Assembly: GCA_963771155.1 (NCBI GenBank)
Contig: CAVYSK010000001.1
Span: 20,457-84,456 of the forward strand
Source of the DNA: an uncultured Chloroflexia bacterium
GTDB lineage: Bacteria > Chloroflexota > Limnocylindria > QHBO01
DNA length: 64,000 bases
Direction: 5' to 3'
Part shown: positions 1 through 12,420 of the stretch, piece after piece
How positions within the stretch are numbered: the stretch's first letter is position 1
Layout: every line of letters begins with the position of its first letter
Translations under genes and position numbers: made by a program
Notes under the pieces: generated by a model
Database searches by the model: none
What the model was told of the DNA's origin: nothing
The model's input: the letters and a program-made list of their open reading frames with translations, nothing else

Positions 1-77
1 TCGATGGCCAGCGTCGGGTTCTCCCCGGCCTGGTGGAACGGGGCCATGAAGATCCCGAAGCGAAGACGGTCGGACAT
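1..77 (-). CDS. LLM-class flavin-dependent oxidoreductase, N-terminal fragment (runs off window)
   Basis: Manual translation MSDRLRFGIFMAPFHQAGENPTLAI matches the typical N-terminus of limonene monooxygenase-like LLM proteins. Confidence 0.7.
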   Translation of the reverse strand, partial: MSDRLRFGIFMAPFHQAGENPTLAI

Positions 78-115
78 GTGCGTGTACCCCCACGTGGTCG
101 TCGTACCCCCGCGCC

Positions 116-932
116 TCAATGTAGGACGTGGAAGCGCAGCGCCGTGCCCGGGCGGGCCTGGACGACGGTGGACAGGTCGCCGCGGTCGACGACCGCCAGC
201 ACCGGGTAGCCGCCGGTGGTCGGGTGGTCGGCGAGCATCACGACCGGGCGACCGTCGGCGGGCACCTGGACGGCGCCGAGCAGCAGGCCCTCGCTCGGCA
301 GCTCGGTCGTGATCCGCCGCTCGAGCGGCGGCCCGTCGAGGCGGACGCCGACCCGGCTGACGTCGGCCGAGACCGTCCACGCCGTCGCCGGCCAGGCCGC
401 TCGAGCGCGCCCGGCGCGAACCAGTCGACGCGGGGTCCGGGCCACACGCCGACGACGTCGGCGGCGCCGGCGGCGGCGGCGCCTGGTCGACGACGAGCGG
501 CGTGCCGGGATCGGCGCCGACGGCAGCCGGTCGCCGGCGAGCCGGCGACGGCGGGCCGAGCCCGGACCGGGAGTCCCGGCTGCGCGAGCCGAGCACCGGT
601 TCCACGGCGATCCCGCCGCGGACGGCGAGGTAGCCCCACAGCTCACCGGCCGCCGGCTCGACGTCGACGACCTCGCCGGCAGCGACGGCCCGGGCCGCCC
701 GCTCGGCGCTCGTCGCCACCACCGCCGCCGTCGACGCGCTGGACCCGCAGCCGGCCGAGCGTCTCCAGCACGGCGGCGTCTCGGTCGTTGCCGACGAGCC
801 GGTTGAGGAGGTCCCGCAGGTCGGCGTCGAGCGCCCCGCTCGACCGGCACGCCGACGTCGGCGTGACCGGGGCGGCCGCGCGTCCTGCACGCTCGTCGCC
901 CACCCGGCCTCGACGACGTCGAGCTCGGTCAT
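116..932 (-). CDS. pxpC: 5-oxoprolinase subunit C / allophanate hydrolase subunit 2 (frameshifted, likely sequencing indels)
   Basis: C-terminal [10 protein letters not shown]...[36 protein letters not shown]; downstream of pxpA/pxpB. Confidence 0.85.
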
Positions 933-1557
933 CGGCACGGCCACGAAGCGGACGCGCCGTGCCCGGACGGATCAGCGCCGGCTCGGGCCGCGACGGCATC
1001 CCACAGCACCGCGTCGGTCGTGCCGAGCAGGTGCCAGCCGCCGGGCGACGGCGACGGGTACACGGCGCTGTACTCGGCGGCGATGGCCACGGCGCCGGCG
1101 GGCACCCTGGTCCGCGGCGTCGGCCGCCGCGGCAGGTGCAAGCGCGGGGTCGAGTCCGGTGAGGTAGGCGAAGCCGGGGGCGAAGCCGCAGAACGCGCAC
1201 TCGGTAGCGACCGGCCAGGTGGCGGCGCGACGACCTCGTCGATCGTCAGCCCGCACGCCGCGCGCCACGTCGGCCAGGTCCTCGCCGTCGTAGACGACGC
1301 GGGATCTCGACGATCGGCGCCGTCGCGTCGGACGCCGTCGGCCTCGGGCTCGATCGCCGCCAGCCACGCCGGCGACCTGTGCCCGGTCGGCCGCCGGTCG
1401 GCCAGCTCGACGAGCACCGTGCGGGCCGCCGGCACCACCTGGGCGACGGCGCGGTCGGCCCGCTCGCCGGACGGCCGCGGCGAAGCCGACGACGTCGTCG
1501 GCCGCCAGCTCGACGAGCCACCCGCGCGGCCCGTACGGCAGCAGCTTCGGGCGTCAC
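929..1557 (-). CDS. pxpB: 5-oxoprolinase subunit B / allophanate hydrolase subunit 1 (frameshifted)
   Basis: Fragments [23 protein letters not shown] and [32 protein letters not shown] in different frames. Confidence 0.85.
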
Positions 1558-2317
1558 GCCGTGAACGGGTGGAGGGCCGACGCCGGCGGCGTCGAGCGCG
1601 TCGCGCACGGCGCGGGCCAGCTCGACGGCGCCCGGCGTGTCGCCGTGGACGCACAGCGAGCGGCCGGCACCCGCACGACGGTGCCGTCGATGGCGACGAC
1701 CTCGTGGTCGACGGCCAGCCGCACGGCCCGGGCCGCCACCTCGGCCGGGTCGGTGACCACGCGCGTCGGGCTCGGAGCGGGGCACGAGGCGGCCGTCGCG
1801 CAGGTAGGCCCGGTCGGCGAAGGCCTCGGCACCGGTTCCAGCCCGGCGGCCTCGGCCGCCCGCAGCAGGCACGAGCCCGGCGCACCGAGCACGGCCAGCG
1901 ACGGGTCGTACTCGGCGGCGGCGGCGACGACGGCCTCGGCCTGGGCCGGGTCGTCGATCGTGGCGTGGTACAGCGCGCCGTGCGGCTTGACGTAGGCGAT
2001 CTCGGCGCCGGCGACCTGGGCGAACGCGTCGAGCGCGCCGAGCTGGTAGAGCACGGCGTCGCGCAGCTCGCGCGGATCCATGTCGATGTAGCGGCGCCCG
2101 AAGCCGACGCAGGTCCGGGTAGGACACCTGGGCGCCGATCGACGACCTGGTTGGCGACGGCGCCGGTGCACACCGCCCGCAGCGTCGACGGGTCCCCGCC
2201 GTGGAACCCGCAGGCCACGTTGGCGCTCGTGACGACGCCCAGCATCGCCTGGTCGTCACCCAGCTTCCACACGCCGTAGGACTCGCCGAGATCGCTGTTG
2301 AGGTCGATCGACGCCAT
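1554..2317 (-). CDS. pxpA: 5-oxoprolinase subunit A (LamB/YcsF family), frameshifted
   Basis: [53 protein letters not shown]. Confidence 0.92.
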
Positions 2318-2368
2318 CGGGCCAATGTACGACGCCGGCGCCGCCCCCGGAGGGAGACGGCGCCGACA

Positions 2369-4017
2369 TCACGTCAGCAGCTCGGTCGTCGTCACTGCGG
2401 GACGTTGGCGAACGTCGCCCAGCTCACCCTCCCGGGAGATGGGATCGCTCACCGGGACGAACGCACCGAACACCGTCGGGTCCTCGACCTGGTACTGCAC
2501 GATCACGCCGCCCTCGTTGAGGTAGGCGTCCTGCATGCCCTCCATGTGGTTGGTCAGGCCCGTCGATGACGAGTGGCATCTTGCCGTCGAACGACCGGTT
2601 GGCGATGAGGATGTTGCGGCCGGTTCAGGCCACCCTCGAACGTGCTGGCCAGGTTGAGGAACTCGGTCATGTACCACCCGAAGAGCCAGCCGGTGGCGTA
2701 GGTCGTCTGGCCGGGGTCGAGGCCCTGGGCCTCGGCCACTTCCTTGAACAGCTGGACGACCGGGTCGTCGGCGTTCGCCGCTTCGTTGACGTCCTTGACG
2801 TAGGGGACGAGGTGGGTGTCGGCGCCGGTGAGGCCCTGGTCGATGAGCGGCTGGAAGAACTGCGACAGCGACTGGCACGTGCCGGACATCATCACCTTGG
2901 GCTTCCACGAGCCGCCTGCTCGATCTCCGCCATGGCCTGCGTGCAGAACGAGCCCGAGGTCTCGATCAGGAGCACGTCGGCGTCGCTGGCCGCCAGGCTG
3001 GTGAACTGGTTCGTCAGGTTCGGGGTCGCCGCCTCGTGCACCTCCTGGGTCACGACTTCGATGTTGGTGCCCTCGATCGCGCTGGCGAAGCCCTTCGAGT
3101 AGCTCTGCCCGAAGTCGTTGTTGTACGTCAGCTCGGCGACCTTGGCGCCGTCGGGGAACTCCTCGGCGATCCAGTCGGCCCACAGGCTGGCCTCGGTGAA
3201 GTAGTCGATCTGCATGCCCGTCGTCCACGGGTGGTTCTCGACGTCACCCCACTGGGCGGCGCCCGTGCCGTTGAGCAGCTGCGGCATGCACTCCTCGTTG
3301 AGGTCGTCCCAGATCCCGAGGTTGTTGGCCGTGCCCAGCACCGCCATGAACGCGGCGTACTCGCCCGACTGCAGCATCTCGTCGACGTTGGACTTCGTCT
3401 CGCGAGGGCTCGTAGTTGTCGTCCTTGACGTCGAGCGTGATCTGGCGGCCGTCGATGCCTCCATACGTCTCGTTGACGTAGTTGAAGTAGCTGGTCATGC
3501 CGTCGGCCAGGAGGCCGAACCCGGCGAACGCCCCGGACTTGGGCAGGCTGATGGCGAGCTTGATCTCGTCGTCGGTGATCCCCTGCAGCGGGTCGTAGTC
3601 GCTCGGGCACTCGGCCAGGTCGAGCTCGAAGTCGCCGGCGCCGACGTAGATGTTCTCGTCGTCGGGGCTCTGACCGTAGGGACCCTCGCCGCTGGCCGTC
3701 GCCGTGCCGAAGCCGGATGCGTCCCCGCCGGCGGCGCCGCCGCCGCTCGCGGTCGTCTCGTCGGTCGTCTCGTCGGTCTCGGCCGCGGTGGTGTCCGCGC
3801 CGCCGGTCGTCTCGTCGGTGCCGGCCGCGGTGGTGTCGGCGCCGCCGGTCGTCTCGTCGGCTCCGGCGGCGGTCGTGGGCGCGGCGTCACCTTCGGTGGC
3901 CCCCGGCGCGTCGCTGGCGGCCGGCGTGTCGTCGGCATCGTCGTCGTCACCGCAGCGGCGGCGAGGACGAGCCCACACGCAGGCCGCGATCGCCGTGAGG
4001 CGTCGTGTTGATCCCAT
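2369..4017 (-). CDS. Branched-chain amino acid-type ABC transporter substrate-binding lipoprotein (frameshifted)
   Basis: Lipoprotein-like start MGSTRRL..CGDDDD, Thr/Ala/Asp linker, GITDDEIKLAISLPKSGAFAG, GGIDGRQITLDVKDDNY; last gene of liv-like operon. Confidence 0.8.
3751..3870. repeat. 42-bp tandem repeat encoding DETTGGADTTAA linker
   Basis: GGCCGCGGTGGTGTC(C/G)GCGCCGCCGGTCGTCTCGTCGG at 3781 and 3823 plus partial copies. Confidence 0.8.
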
Positions 4018-4037
4018 GCTTTGTCTCCCCTGGTTCT

Positions 4038-5237
4038 TCAATTGATGATGTTCGAGCTGACGGTCTGGGCGTCGTCGACGACGACGTCGTCGTGCGTGAC
4101 CCCCTCGAGCGGCGCCAGCCGCTTGACATCGCCGAGCCACGAGGGCCTCGGCGCGACCCGTGATGATCCGCGCGCGCAGCTGGCGAAGTCCGTTCACGAT
4201 GCCGCCCGGGAGGACGAACACCAGCACGATGAGCAGGATCCCGAAGAAGATGCCGGCGATCTGCCCTGCCCCCGGTCGGCCCTCGAGCCATTCGAACATC
4301 GGCCGGGCGAGCTGGCGGAGCCCCGGCGGCATGCCCTCGGGATCGCTGCTCCACTCCGAGGTGTACCACGGGATGAACACGATCAGCCACGCCCCGGGAA
4401 CGCGCCGACAGCGTGGCCGCACCCCGGCCACCAGACCGACGACGAGGAAGATGGCGAGGTTGACGTTGAACCTGGTGTCCGTGGCGAACGGCTCGAGCAT
4501 CATGAACATGCTCCCGGCGATGCCCGCCGTGGCGGCGCTGATGCCGAAGATCAGCGTCTTGTAGACGGGCACGTTGATCCCGCTGACCGCGGCGCTCGTC
4601 TGGTTGTCACGGATGGCGATGACGGCGCGCCCGGCCCGGCTGCGGATGAGGTTGCGGGCGAGCAGGAACACGATCGCGGTGATGACGAGCAGGAAGAAGA
4701 ACAGGTACGCCGACTCGCCGTAGCGCGTCGTCGTCGAACGGCGTCCACGACGGCGGCAGCAGCTCGCTGTCCGCCTGCTTCCCGTTCGGTCCTCCGGTGA
4801 GCGACTCGTACTTGAGCACCAGCGTCGGGAACACGTAGGCCAGGGCCAGGGTGACGACGGCGAGGTACAGGCCCCTGATCCGCAGCGCCGGCAGTCCCAG
4901 GAGCACGCCGACGACGAAGCACAGCGGGATGGACACCAGCAGCGTCGCCAGGAGGGCCAGTTGTAGTCGGCGACCAGGATGACCGTGGTGTACGCCCCGA
5001 TGCCGACGAAGGCGCTGTGGCCGATGGAGATCGCGCCGGAGAACCCGGTGAGCAGGTTGAGCCCCATGATGGCGACGGCGAAGCAGAGCACCTCGCCGAA
5101 CTGGTGGATGCGGAAGGGCTGCCCCACGTACGCCGGGAGCAGCAGAGGCGAACGAGCAGGACGCTGCCCCAGCCGAGCAGCTGGTACAGGCGCCGGTGAC
5201 GCGACGCGATCGTTCCTTGACGCGAGATGAGGGCCAT
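4038..5237 (-). CDS. livM: Branched-chain amino acid ABC transporter permease (LivM-like), frameshifted
   Basis: GLNLLTGFSGAISIGHSAFVGIGAY, LPALRIRGLYLAVVTLA, GRAVIAIRDNQTSAAVSGINV. Confidence 0.85.
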
Positions 5238-6284
5238 CAGACGCGCTCCACCTGCTTGAGCCGAACAGGCCGGTCGGTTTGACGACAGGATCGCGATGAT
5301 GACGACGAGGGCCATGACGACGGACAGCTCGGCGCCGATGGCGTCGACGTAGCCACCGAGCATGGTCTGCAACAGCCCGACGATGAGACCGCCGAGGATG
5401 GCGCCGCCGAGGCTGTCGAGGCCGCCGAGCGTGGCGGCGGCGAACGAGAAGATGAGCACGCGTCCCATGAAGTTGGGATCGAGGAAGCTGCCCCGGGCGA
5501 CCAGGCAACCGGCGAGGGTGCCGACGGCGGCGGCGAGCGCCCAGCCGAACTGGAGGGTCCGGCCGATGTGGATGCCGACGAGGCGGCTCGACTCGAGCGT
5601 GGCCGACACGGCCCGGAAGGCGAGCCCGATCTTGGTCTTCTTCAGCAGCAGCGTCACGAGCAGGACGACGACGATGACGGTGACCCAGATGCCGATGCTC
5701 TCGTAGCGCAGGCGGGCGCCGAAGACATCGATGTAGTCGTCGGCGGCGCCCGGGAACGGCGTCGGGAACGAACGCGGGTCGAAGCCCCAGATCACCCCGG
5801 CGAGCGCGTTCATGCTCAGGAACAAGCCCAGGGTCACGATGACGATGGCGAGGTGGTTGGACGGGATCGAACGGGCGGATGAGGGTCCGTTCGATGCCCG
5901 CGGCGACCACGCCGGAGATGGCCATGGCGAGCGAGGATGCCCGGCCAGATCGGCGAGCCCCTGCTCGACGATCAGCACGTAGGCGACGAACGTGCCCAAC
6001 ATCGCCATCTCGCCCTGGGCGAAGTTGACGATGCCGGTCGCCTTGTAGATCAGCACCAGCGACAGCGCGACGGCGGCGTAGATGAAGCCGTTGTTCAACC
6101 CGTCGAAGACACGCTGCAGGAGCAGCGAGAAGCCCTCCTTGAGACCGAGGTAGATCGCCAGCACGACGAAGACCGCCAGCCCGATGCCGAAGTTGCGGAG
6201 GCGCTTGGCACCGATGCGCTCGAGCGCGGCGTACCCCTTGCCGATGTCCTTGTTGGCCTGCTCGACGGCCTGGTTGACGTTCAC
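5237..6284 (-). CDS. livH: Branched-chain amino acid ABC transporter permease (LivH-like), frameshifted
   Basis: LSLVLIYKATGIVNFAQGE, FAAATLGGLDSLGGAILGG. Confidence 0.88.
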
Positions 6285-6293
6285 CGTTCCCCC

Positions 6294-7023
6294 TCAGTAC
6301 CCGAGGTAGGCGCGACGGACGGCGTCGTCGTTGCGCAGGTCGTCGGCCTTGCCTGACAGCACGATCTCGCCGGCCTCGAGCACGTAGGCCCGGTCGGCGA
6401 TGTCGAACGCCAGGTTGGCGTTCTGCTCGACCACCAACATGGTGATGCCCTCCTCCTTGTTGAGATCGCCGAGGCGACGGAACAGATCCTGGATGATGAT
6501 CGGGGCGAGCCCGAGCGAGGGCTCGTCGAGCAGCAGGAGGCGGGGCTTGCCCATGAGGGCTCGGGACACGGCCAGCATCTGCTGCTCGCCGCCGCTGAGG
6601 CTGCCGGCCAGCTGGGTGCGTCGCTCGCGCAGGCGGGGGAAGACCTCGAACCAGCGCTCGATGTCGGCTCCGAGGTTGCGGTCCTTGCGGACGTACGCAC
6701 CGACCTCGAGGTTCTCCTCGACGGTCAGGCTCGGGGAACGTGCCCCGGCCCTGGGGCACGTGGGCGACGCCGCGGCGGACGATCTCGGTCGTCGGTCGCC
6801 CACCGATCTCCTGGCCGTCGAGCGGACGCTCCCCTTCGTGTCGACCATGCCGCGCAGCGGCCCGCAGCGTGGTGGTCTTGCCGGCTCCGTTGGCGCCGAG
6901 GACGACCACGACCTCGCCCTCGTCGACGGAGAAGTCGAGCCCGCGCAGCACCTCGACCGGGCCGTAGGCGGCGTGCAGGCCGTGCACGTCGAGCAGGGTC
7001 GTGGTGGGTGGAGCGGCGGTCAT
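6294..7023 (-). CDS. livF: ABC transporter ATP-binding protein (LivF-like), frameshifted
   Basis: Walker A GANGAGKTT, LSGGEQQM, LLLDEPSLGLAP, ends RRAYLGY. Confidence 0.9.
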
Positions 7024-7783
7024 GCGGCCCTCCGAGGTAGGCCTCGATCACCTTGGGGTCGTGCGCGACACGTCGGGGACGCCCTCGGCGATCTTGCGGC
7101 CGAAGTCGAGCACGACGACGTTGTCGGAGATGCCCATCACCATCGCCATGTGGTGCTCCACGAGCAGCACCGTCACGTGGTAGCGGTCGCGGAGGGTGGT
7201 GATCGAGCTGCCCGAGGTCGTCCACCTCGGCGTGGGTCAGCCCGGACGCCGGTTCGTCGAGCATCAGCAGGCGGGGCTCGCCGGCGAGCGCCCGGGCGAG
7301 CTCGATGCGCTTCATCGTGCCGTACGGCAGCCCGGCCGCCGGACGAACGCGAGCGTGGGCGAGGTCGAGCTCGTCGAGGATCTCGTACGCCCGCGATCGC
7401 CATCTCGCGGTCCTCCCGCGCGGCGGGCCGAACCCGAGCGGCGCGGTGACGAAGTTGACGCTTCCCTTGCGGTGGGCGCCGACCATCACGTTCTCCAGCA
7501 CGGTCAAGCCCGGCCAGAGCGCCAGGTTCTGGAACGTCCGGTAGATCCCGAGGCGGGAGATCGTGTCGGGCCGTTCGTCGAGCAGGTCGTGACCGTCGAA
7601 CGTGATGCGCCCGCGAGTCGGCTGGTAGATGCGGCTGATGACGTTGAACATCGTCGTCTTGCCCGCGCCGTTGGGACCGATGAGCCCGCAGATCTGGCCC
7701 TCTTCGAGCGTGAAGCTCAACAGAGTCGAGTGCACGATCCCCCCGAAGCGAACGCCGATTTCTTGCACCTCGAGCAGTGCCAC
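7020..7783 (-). CDS. livG: ABC transporter ATP-binding protein (LivG-like), frameshifted
   Basis: [44 protein letters not shown]. Confidence 0.9.
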
Positions 7784-7914
7784 GTACAGATCCCCCGTTC
7801 CTCACGCACCCCGGCCGGGACACGCGTCACCATCCCGGGCGAAGCTAGCAGGGCGGCACCGGCCCGTCGCGTGATCCCTGCGATCGCGGTGCCAGCCCCC
7901 CGGCGGGCCGCGCG

Positions 7915-8601
7915 TCAGACCGGCGTGTCGAGGAGCGCGACGACCTGCTCGTCGGTGAGCCGCCGGAAGCAGCGCCGACCGTTGCCGCGGGCGAGGAGCG
8001 CGACCTCGAGGTCCGTGGCCGGCAGGACGCGGTCGGGACCGGAGAGCGCGGCGGTGCCGGCTCTCACGGCCGCCGCCGCGTCGAGCTCGTCGTGGTACGT
8101 CTCCGCGATGCGGGCCGAGATGGCGTCGGCATCGCCCCCGAGCACGGTGTGGTTGCGATGGTCGAAGACCGTGCCGTCGTAGAGGATGTGGAACATCTGG
8201 TCGTCCTCGGGCCGCAGCCCGACCTCGGCGACGAGGATCTCGACCTCCATCGGCTTCATCTCGTGGGTGAAGATCTGCCCGAGGATCTGGGCGTACTGGT
8301 TGGCCAGGCTGCGGGCGTCGACATCGTCACGGCTGTACTGGAAGCCCTTGAGGTCGGCGGCGCGGACCCCGGCGACGCGCAGCTGGTCGAACTCGGGGTA
8401 CTTGCCGACGCCGGCGAAGGCGATGCGGTCGTAGATCTCGCTGACCTTGCGCAGCGTCTCCGAGCTGTTCTCGGCGACGATGGCGATGCCGTCGGCGTAG
8501 CGCACGGCGACGAGCGCCCTGCCCCTGGCGATGCCCTTGCGGGCGTAGTCCGCCCGGTCCTTCATCACCTGCTCGGGCGCGACGTAGAACGGCATGTTCA
8601 T
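7915..8601 (-). CDS. prcA: 20S proteasome subunit alpha
   Basis: MPFYVAPEQVMKDRADYARKGIARGR...KVSEIYDRIAFAGVGKY; actinobacterial signature. Confidence 0.96.
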   Translation of the reverse strand: MNMPFYVAPEQVMKDRADYARKGIARGRALVAVRYADGIAIVAENSSETLRKVSEIYDRIAFAGVGKYPEFDQLRVAGVRAADLKGFQYSRDDVDARSLANQYAQILGQIFTHEMKPMEVEILVAEVGLRPEDDQMFHILYDGTVFDHRNHTVLGGDADAISARIAETYHDELDAAAAVRAGTAALSGPDRVLPATDLEVALLARGNGRRCFRRLTDEQVVALLDTPV

Positions 8602-8682
8602 GGTCGTGCCTCGTGCGAGCGACCGAGCGCCAGCGACGGTGCGCCGCGGCCTGCGTGGCCGGGGAACGCATGAACGGCATGT

Positions 8683-9100
8683 TCATGGTCGAAGCGCTCC
8701 CGGGCGGACGCGGTCGCTGCGGTAGCGCTCGGCCAGCTCGTCGTCGCCGACGCGCAGAACCCGTCGGCGGTGATGGTGGCGATGATCGGGTAGATGCCGC
8801 GCAGGGCATCGGGACCGCCGGTGGCCGAGTCGGCGTCGGCCGCCTCCCACAGCGCCCGGCAGGCCAGGTCGACGGCCGTGTCGCGGTCGATCCCCTCGCG
8901 ATAGCCGAGCTTGATGACCGTGCCGGCGTGGAGGCTGCCGGAACCGGTGGCGACGTACTCGCGCTCCTCGTAGCGGCCGCCGGTGATGTCGAAGGCCCAC
9001 AACCGGCCGACCTCGCGGCGCAGGTCGTAGCCGGCGAAGATCGGGACCACGCCGAGGCCCATCATCGCCGCCTGCAGGTTGCCCTTGATCATCATCGAGA
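8683..9100 (-). pseudogene. prcB: 20S proteasome subunit beta, C-terminal half only (truncated at probable chimeric junction)
   Basis: GNLQAAMMGLGVVPIFAGYD, DITGGRYEE, ATGSGS, AADADSATGGPD; propeptide and catalytic Thr region absent. Confidence 0.88.
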
Positions 9101-9222
9101 GCGCAAGCCAGTCCGGCTGCGCCCAGCGCTGCCGCGCCCGCGGCGAGCCCTGCCAGGGCCGCGGCACGGCGGCTCGGCAGGGGCGGGGAGGGGCCTGCGC
9201 TCGGTTTGGTCATATCCACCAT
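9101..9222 (-). pseudogene. N-terminal fragment of an unrelated membrane protein (possibly molybdopterin oxidoreductase-type N-terminus)
   Basis: [39 protein letters not shown] cut off at ~9101. Confidence 0.45.
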
Positions 9223-9316
9223 GGGACCGTACAACGATGAAGATCGTACGAAGGCCGTATCTTCTGCACAGTCGCGTCCTGAGCCGACGGCCCGAGCGGC
9301 CCTCTATCATCGGGCA

Positions 9317-10363
9317 ATGGCGGACCGGATCGACCTGCGCTCGGACACGGTCACGCTGCCTGGACCGGCGATGCGACGCGCGATGGCCGACGCCGAGGTC
9401 GGCGACGACCAGTACGGCGAGGACCCCAGCGTCAACCGTCTCCAGGAGGACGTTGCCGCGCTGCTCGGGACCGAGGCATCACTGTTCATGCCGAGCGGCA
9501 CGATGACGAACCAGGTCGCGCTCCGCACGCTCACCCGCCCGGGTGACGACGTGCTCGTTCCGACCGAGTCCCACGTCGTGCTCCACGAGACCGGGGCAGG
9601 TGCCGCGAATGCCGGCGTGCAGTTCAGCCCGATCGGCGAACGCGGCCTGTACGACGCCGATGCGGTGCGGGCCGCGGTCAAGCCCGCCGGACACATCGTC
9701 TACCCGCCGACGACGCTGCTGGTGACCGAGAACACGCACAACCGCGGCTGGAGGCATCGTCTTCCCGGCCGATGCGCTCGCCGCGGCCGTGGCTGTGGCA
9801 CGCGAGCACGGCCTTGCGACCTACCTGGACGGAGCCCGGATCCTCAACGCCGCCATCGCCAGCGGACGACCGCCCTCGGCGCTGGCGGACGGCTTCGACC
9901 TCGTCGGGATGTCGCTGTCGAAGGGTCTCGGTGCGCCGGCTGGCTCGATGCTGGCCGGGTCCCGGAGACCTCGTCGGGCGCGCCCATCGCTATCGGCGCA
10001 TGGCAGGCGGCGCGATGCGCCAGGCCGGGATCCTCGCCGCGGCCGGCTCCTACGCCCTGGCCCACCACGTCGACCGACTCGCCGACGACCACGCAACGCT
10101 CGGCTGCTCGCCGACGAGCTGCTGCGTGGCGATGACATCGAGATCGACCTTGACACCGTTCAGACGAACATCGTCGTCTTTCGTCTCGTGGACCGCCGCG
10201 GGGTTCCGGATGCCGCGACCTTCGTTGACCGCTGCCGGGAGCGCGGCGTGCTGCTCAATGCCTTCGGCCCGCGCGTCGTGCGTGCGGTCACCCACCTCGA
10301 CGTCACGGCCGAGACTGCCGTGCGGCGTCGACGGTGATGCGCGCCGTCGCCGACGGCCGATGA
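9317..10363 (+). CDS. ltaE: Low-specificity L-threonine aldolase (frameshifted)
   Basis: [65 protein letters not shown]. Confidence 0.92.
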
Positions 10364-10374
10364 GCGTCCGGCTC

Positions 10375-10797
10375 CTAGACCTGCTCCATCGGTTCGACCT
10401 TCGCCGGGTCGAAGTCCAGCGAGGCCGAGTTGATGCAGTACCGCAGCCCGGTCGGCTGGTCGGTACGCGTCGTCGAAGATATGCCCGAGGTGTCCGCCGC
10501 AACGGGCGCAGTGGACCTCGGTGCGGGTCATGAACAGGGAGCGATCCGACTCCGTCTCCACAGCGGTCGATTCCACCGGCTGGTAGAACGACGGCCACCC
10601 CGTGCCGGACTCGAACTTCGTGTTCGCGTCGAATAGCTCGGCGCCGCACCCGGCGCACCGGTACACGCCGGTGCCGTGCTCGTCCCAGTACTCCCGGTGA
10701 ACGCCCGCTCCGTGCCCTTCTCGCGCAGGACGCGGTACTGCTCCGGCGTCAGCGACTCACGCCATTCAGTTTCGGACTTGTCGATCTTCTCGGTCAT
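10375..10797 (-). CDS. msrB: Peptide-methionine (R)-S-oxide reductase (frameshifted)
   Basis: [49 protein letters not shown]. Confidence 0.95.
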
Positions 10798-10921
10798 GCA
10801 CACAGCGTACGACCGATGACGCCCTCTGCCCAGCGGCCCATGGCCGCGTGGCCGATTGTCGGACATCGCTGCCGGATCATCGGCCGTGGTGCCGGCAAGC
10901 CGAGCGGTGCACCGTGTTCCC

Positions 10922-11880
10922 ATGGCCATACAGCGCGCTCCGATGCCCGCGCCCCTCGATCGATCGGTCCCGACGGTCGTGACCGGCCTCGCCGCCCTCG
11001 CCCTGAGCGCCGGGCTCGCGTCGGCGCTCCTTCTGCACACTCTGCAGCCTGGCCTGGGTCCTCCTGCGCCGCCGCCCAGCTCGCCGGTCACATCCGAGCA
11101 CCCGACGGCGTCACCGACGCCCACCGCATCGCCCCGACCCACGCCATCGGCCACGCCGCGGCCCACCCCCACCCCGACGCCGGCGCCGACGGCGCCACCG
11201 ACGCCGCCACCGACCCCGTGCCGACGCCGGAGGCCACGCCGGTCCCGCCGCCACCGGGGACGGGCAACGTGCTGCCCCCATGCGCCTACATGGACGTCCC
11301 GGCCCTGCACCAGGACTACCCCGACTGGCCGATCACCCTCCTCGACACGATCTACCATCTGCCGGCGACGTACGCTCCTGCGGACCTCGTCGACAGCGCC
11401 GCCGCCGGGGTGAACGGCGGCTATCCCCTCCGAGCGCTCCTGATGGACGACCTTCGGCGGCTGGCGACTGACGCCCGCACTGCCGATGCGCCGATCCGCC
11501 TGGTCAGCGGCTATCGCAGCCACGCCCAGCAGCAGGCGACGTTCGACTACTGGGTCAGCGTGGGCGGGTACGAGCAGGCGCTCCGCACGAGCGCGCGCGC
11601 CGGCCACTCGGAGCATCAGCTGGGCACGGTGATCGACGTCACCGGCGAGGCCGACGCCGAGCCGTGGACGTACGCCGACTGGGCGAGCACGCCGGCCGGG
11701 GCCTGGATGGCTGCGAACGCGTGGCGCTACGGCTTCGTGATGAGCTATCCCCGAAACGCGTTCGGCGTGACCTGCTACGACTACGAGCCGTGGCACTACC
11801 GATACGTCGGCCGCGCCCTCGCGGCTGACATCACGGCCAGCGGGCTGGCGCCGCGCCAGATCCTGTGGACCCTGCAGTAG
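10922..11880 (+). CDS. M15B family D-alanyl-D-alanine carboxypeptidase with TM helix and Pro/Thr linker (one frameshift)
   Basis: [27 protein letters not shown]. Confidence 0.9.
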
Positions 11881-11899
11881 GCGCCTATCCTTGGCGCCC

Positions 11900-12420
11900 A
11901 TGAGCGCCTCACGCATCGTCCTCGGCCCGGGGGCATCCGGCACGATCGAGCGTCTTCACCCCACCGCGATGGCCTGGTCGCCCGTGGCTTCGAGGTCGAG
12001 CTCGTCGCACTGCCGAAGGGCTCGGCCGAACGCGCGCTGCCGGTCTACCGCGACGCGGTGCCGGAGGCGGAGCGCGCGTCGGTGGCGATCGGCGGGCACT
12101 CCTTCGGCGGGCGGGTGGCCTCGCTCGTCGCGGCCGAGTCACCGCCGGCCGCGCTCATCCTGCTCTCGTACCCGCTCCACGCCCCGGGCCGCCACGACGC
12201 ATGGCGGGAGCGCACGTCGCACTGGCCGGCGATCCGCTGCCCGGTGCTGCTGCTGAGTGGCGAATCGGACCCGTTCGCGCGGACCGACCTGCTGGCCGAG
12301 GCCGTCGCGCGGCTGCCGGACGCCACGCTGCGGACCTGGCCCGGCGTCGGCCATGGGCTCAACCGCGTGCTCGACGAAGCGCTCGACGTGGTGGCCGGCT
12401 TCATTCACGAGCGAACCTGA
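11900..12420 (+). CDS. Small alpha/beta hydrolase (KANL3/Tex30-like), frameshifted
   Basis: GGHSFGGR nucleophile elbow, LSYPLH, GESDPF, GVGHG. Confidence 0.8.

Noticed and set aside
3244-7023. 1259-aa ORF as a giant ABC fusion protein
   Set aside because: It stitches pieces of livF, livM and the binding protein together through frameshifts.
7915-9100. Horizontal transfer of the proteasome into the main organism
   Set aside because: prcB is cut at an abrupt junction, so a chimera is the simpler explanation.
1-12100. Mass pseudogenisation or programmed frameshifting
   Set aside because: Indels hit nearly every gene regardless of function and thin out along the contig, which is typical of low-coverage long-read error.
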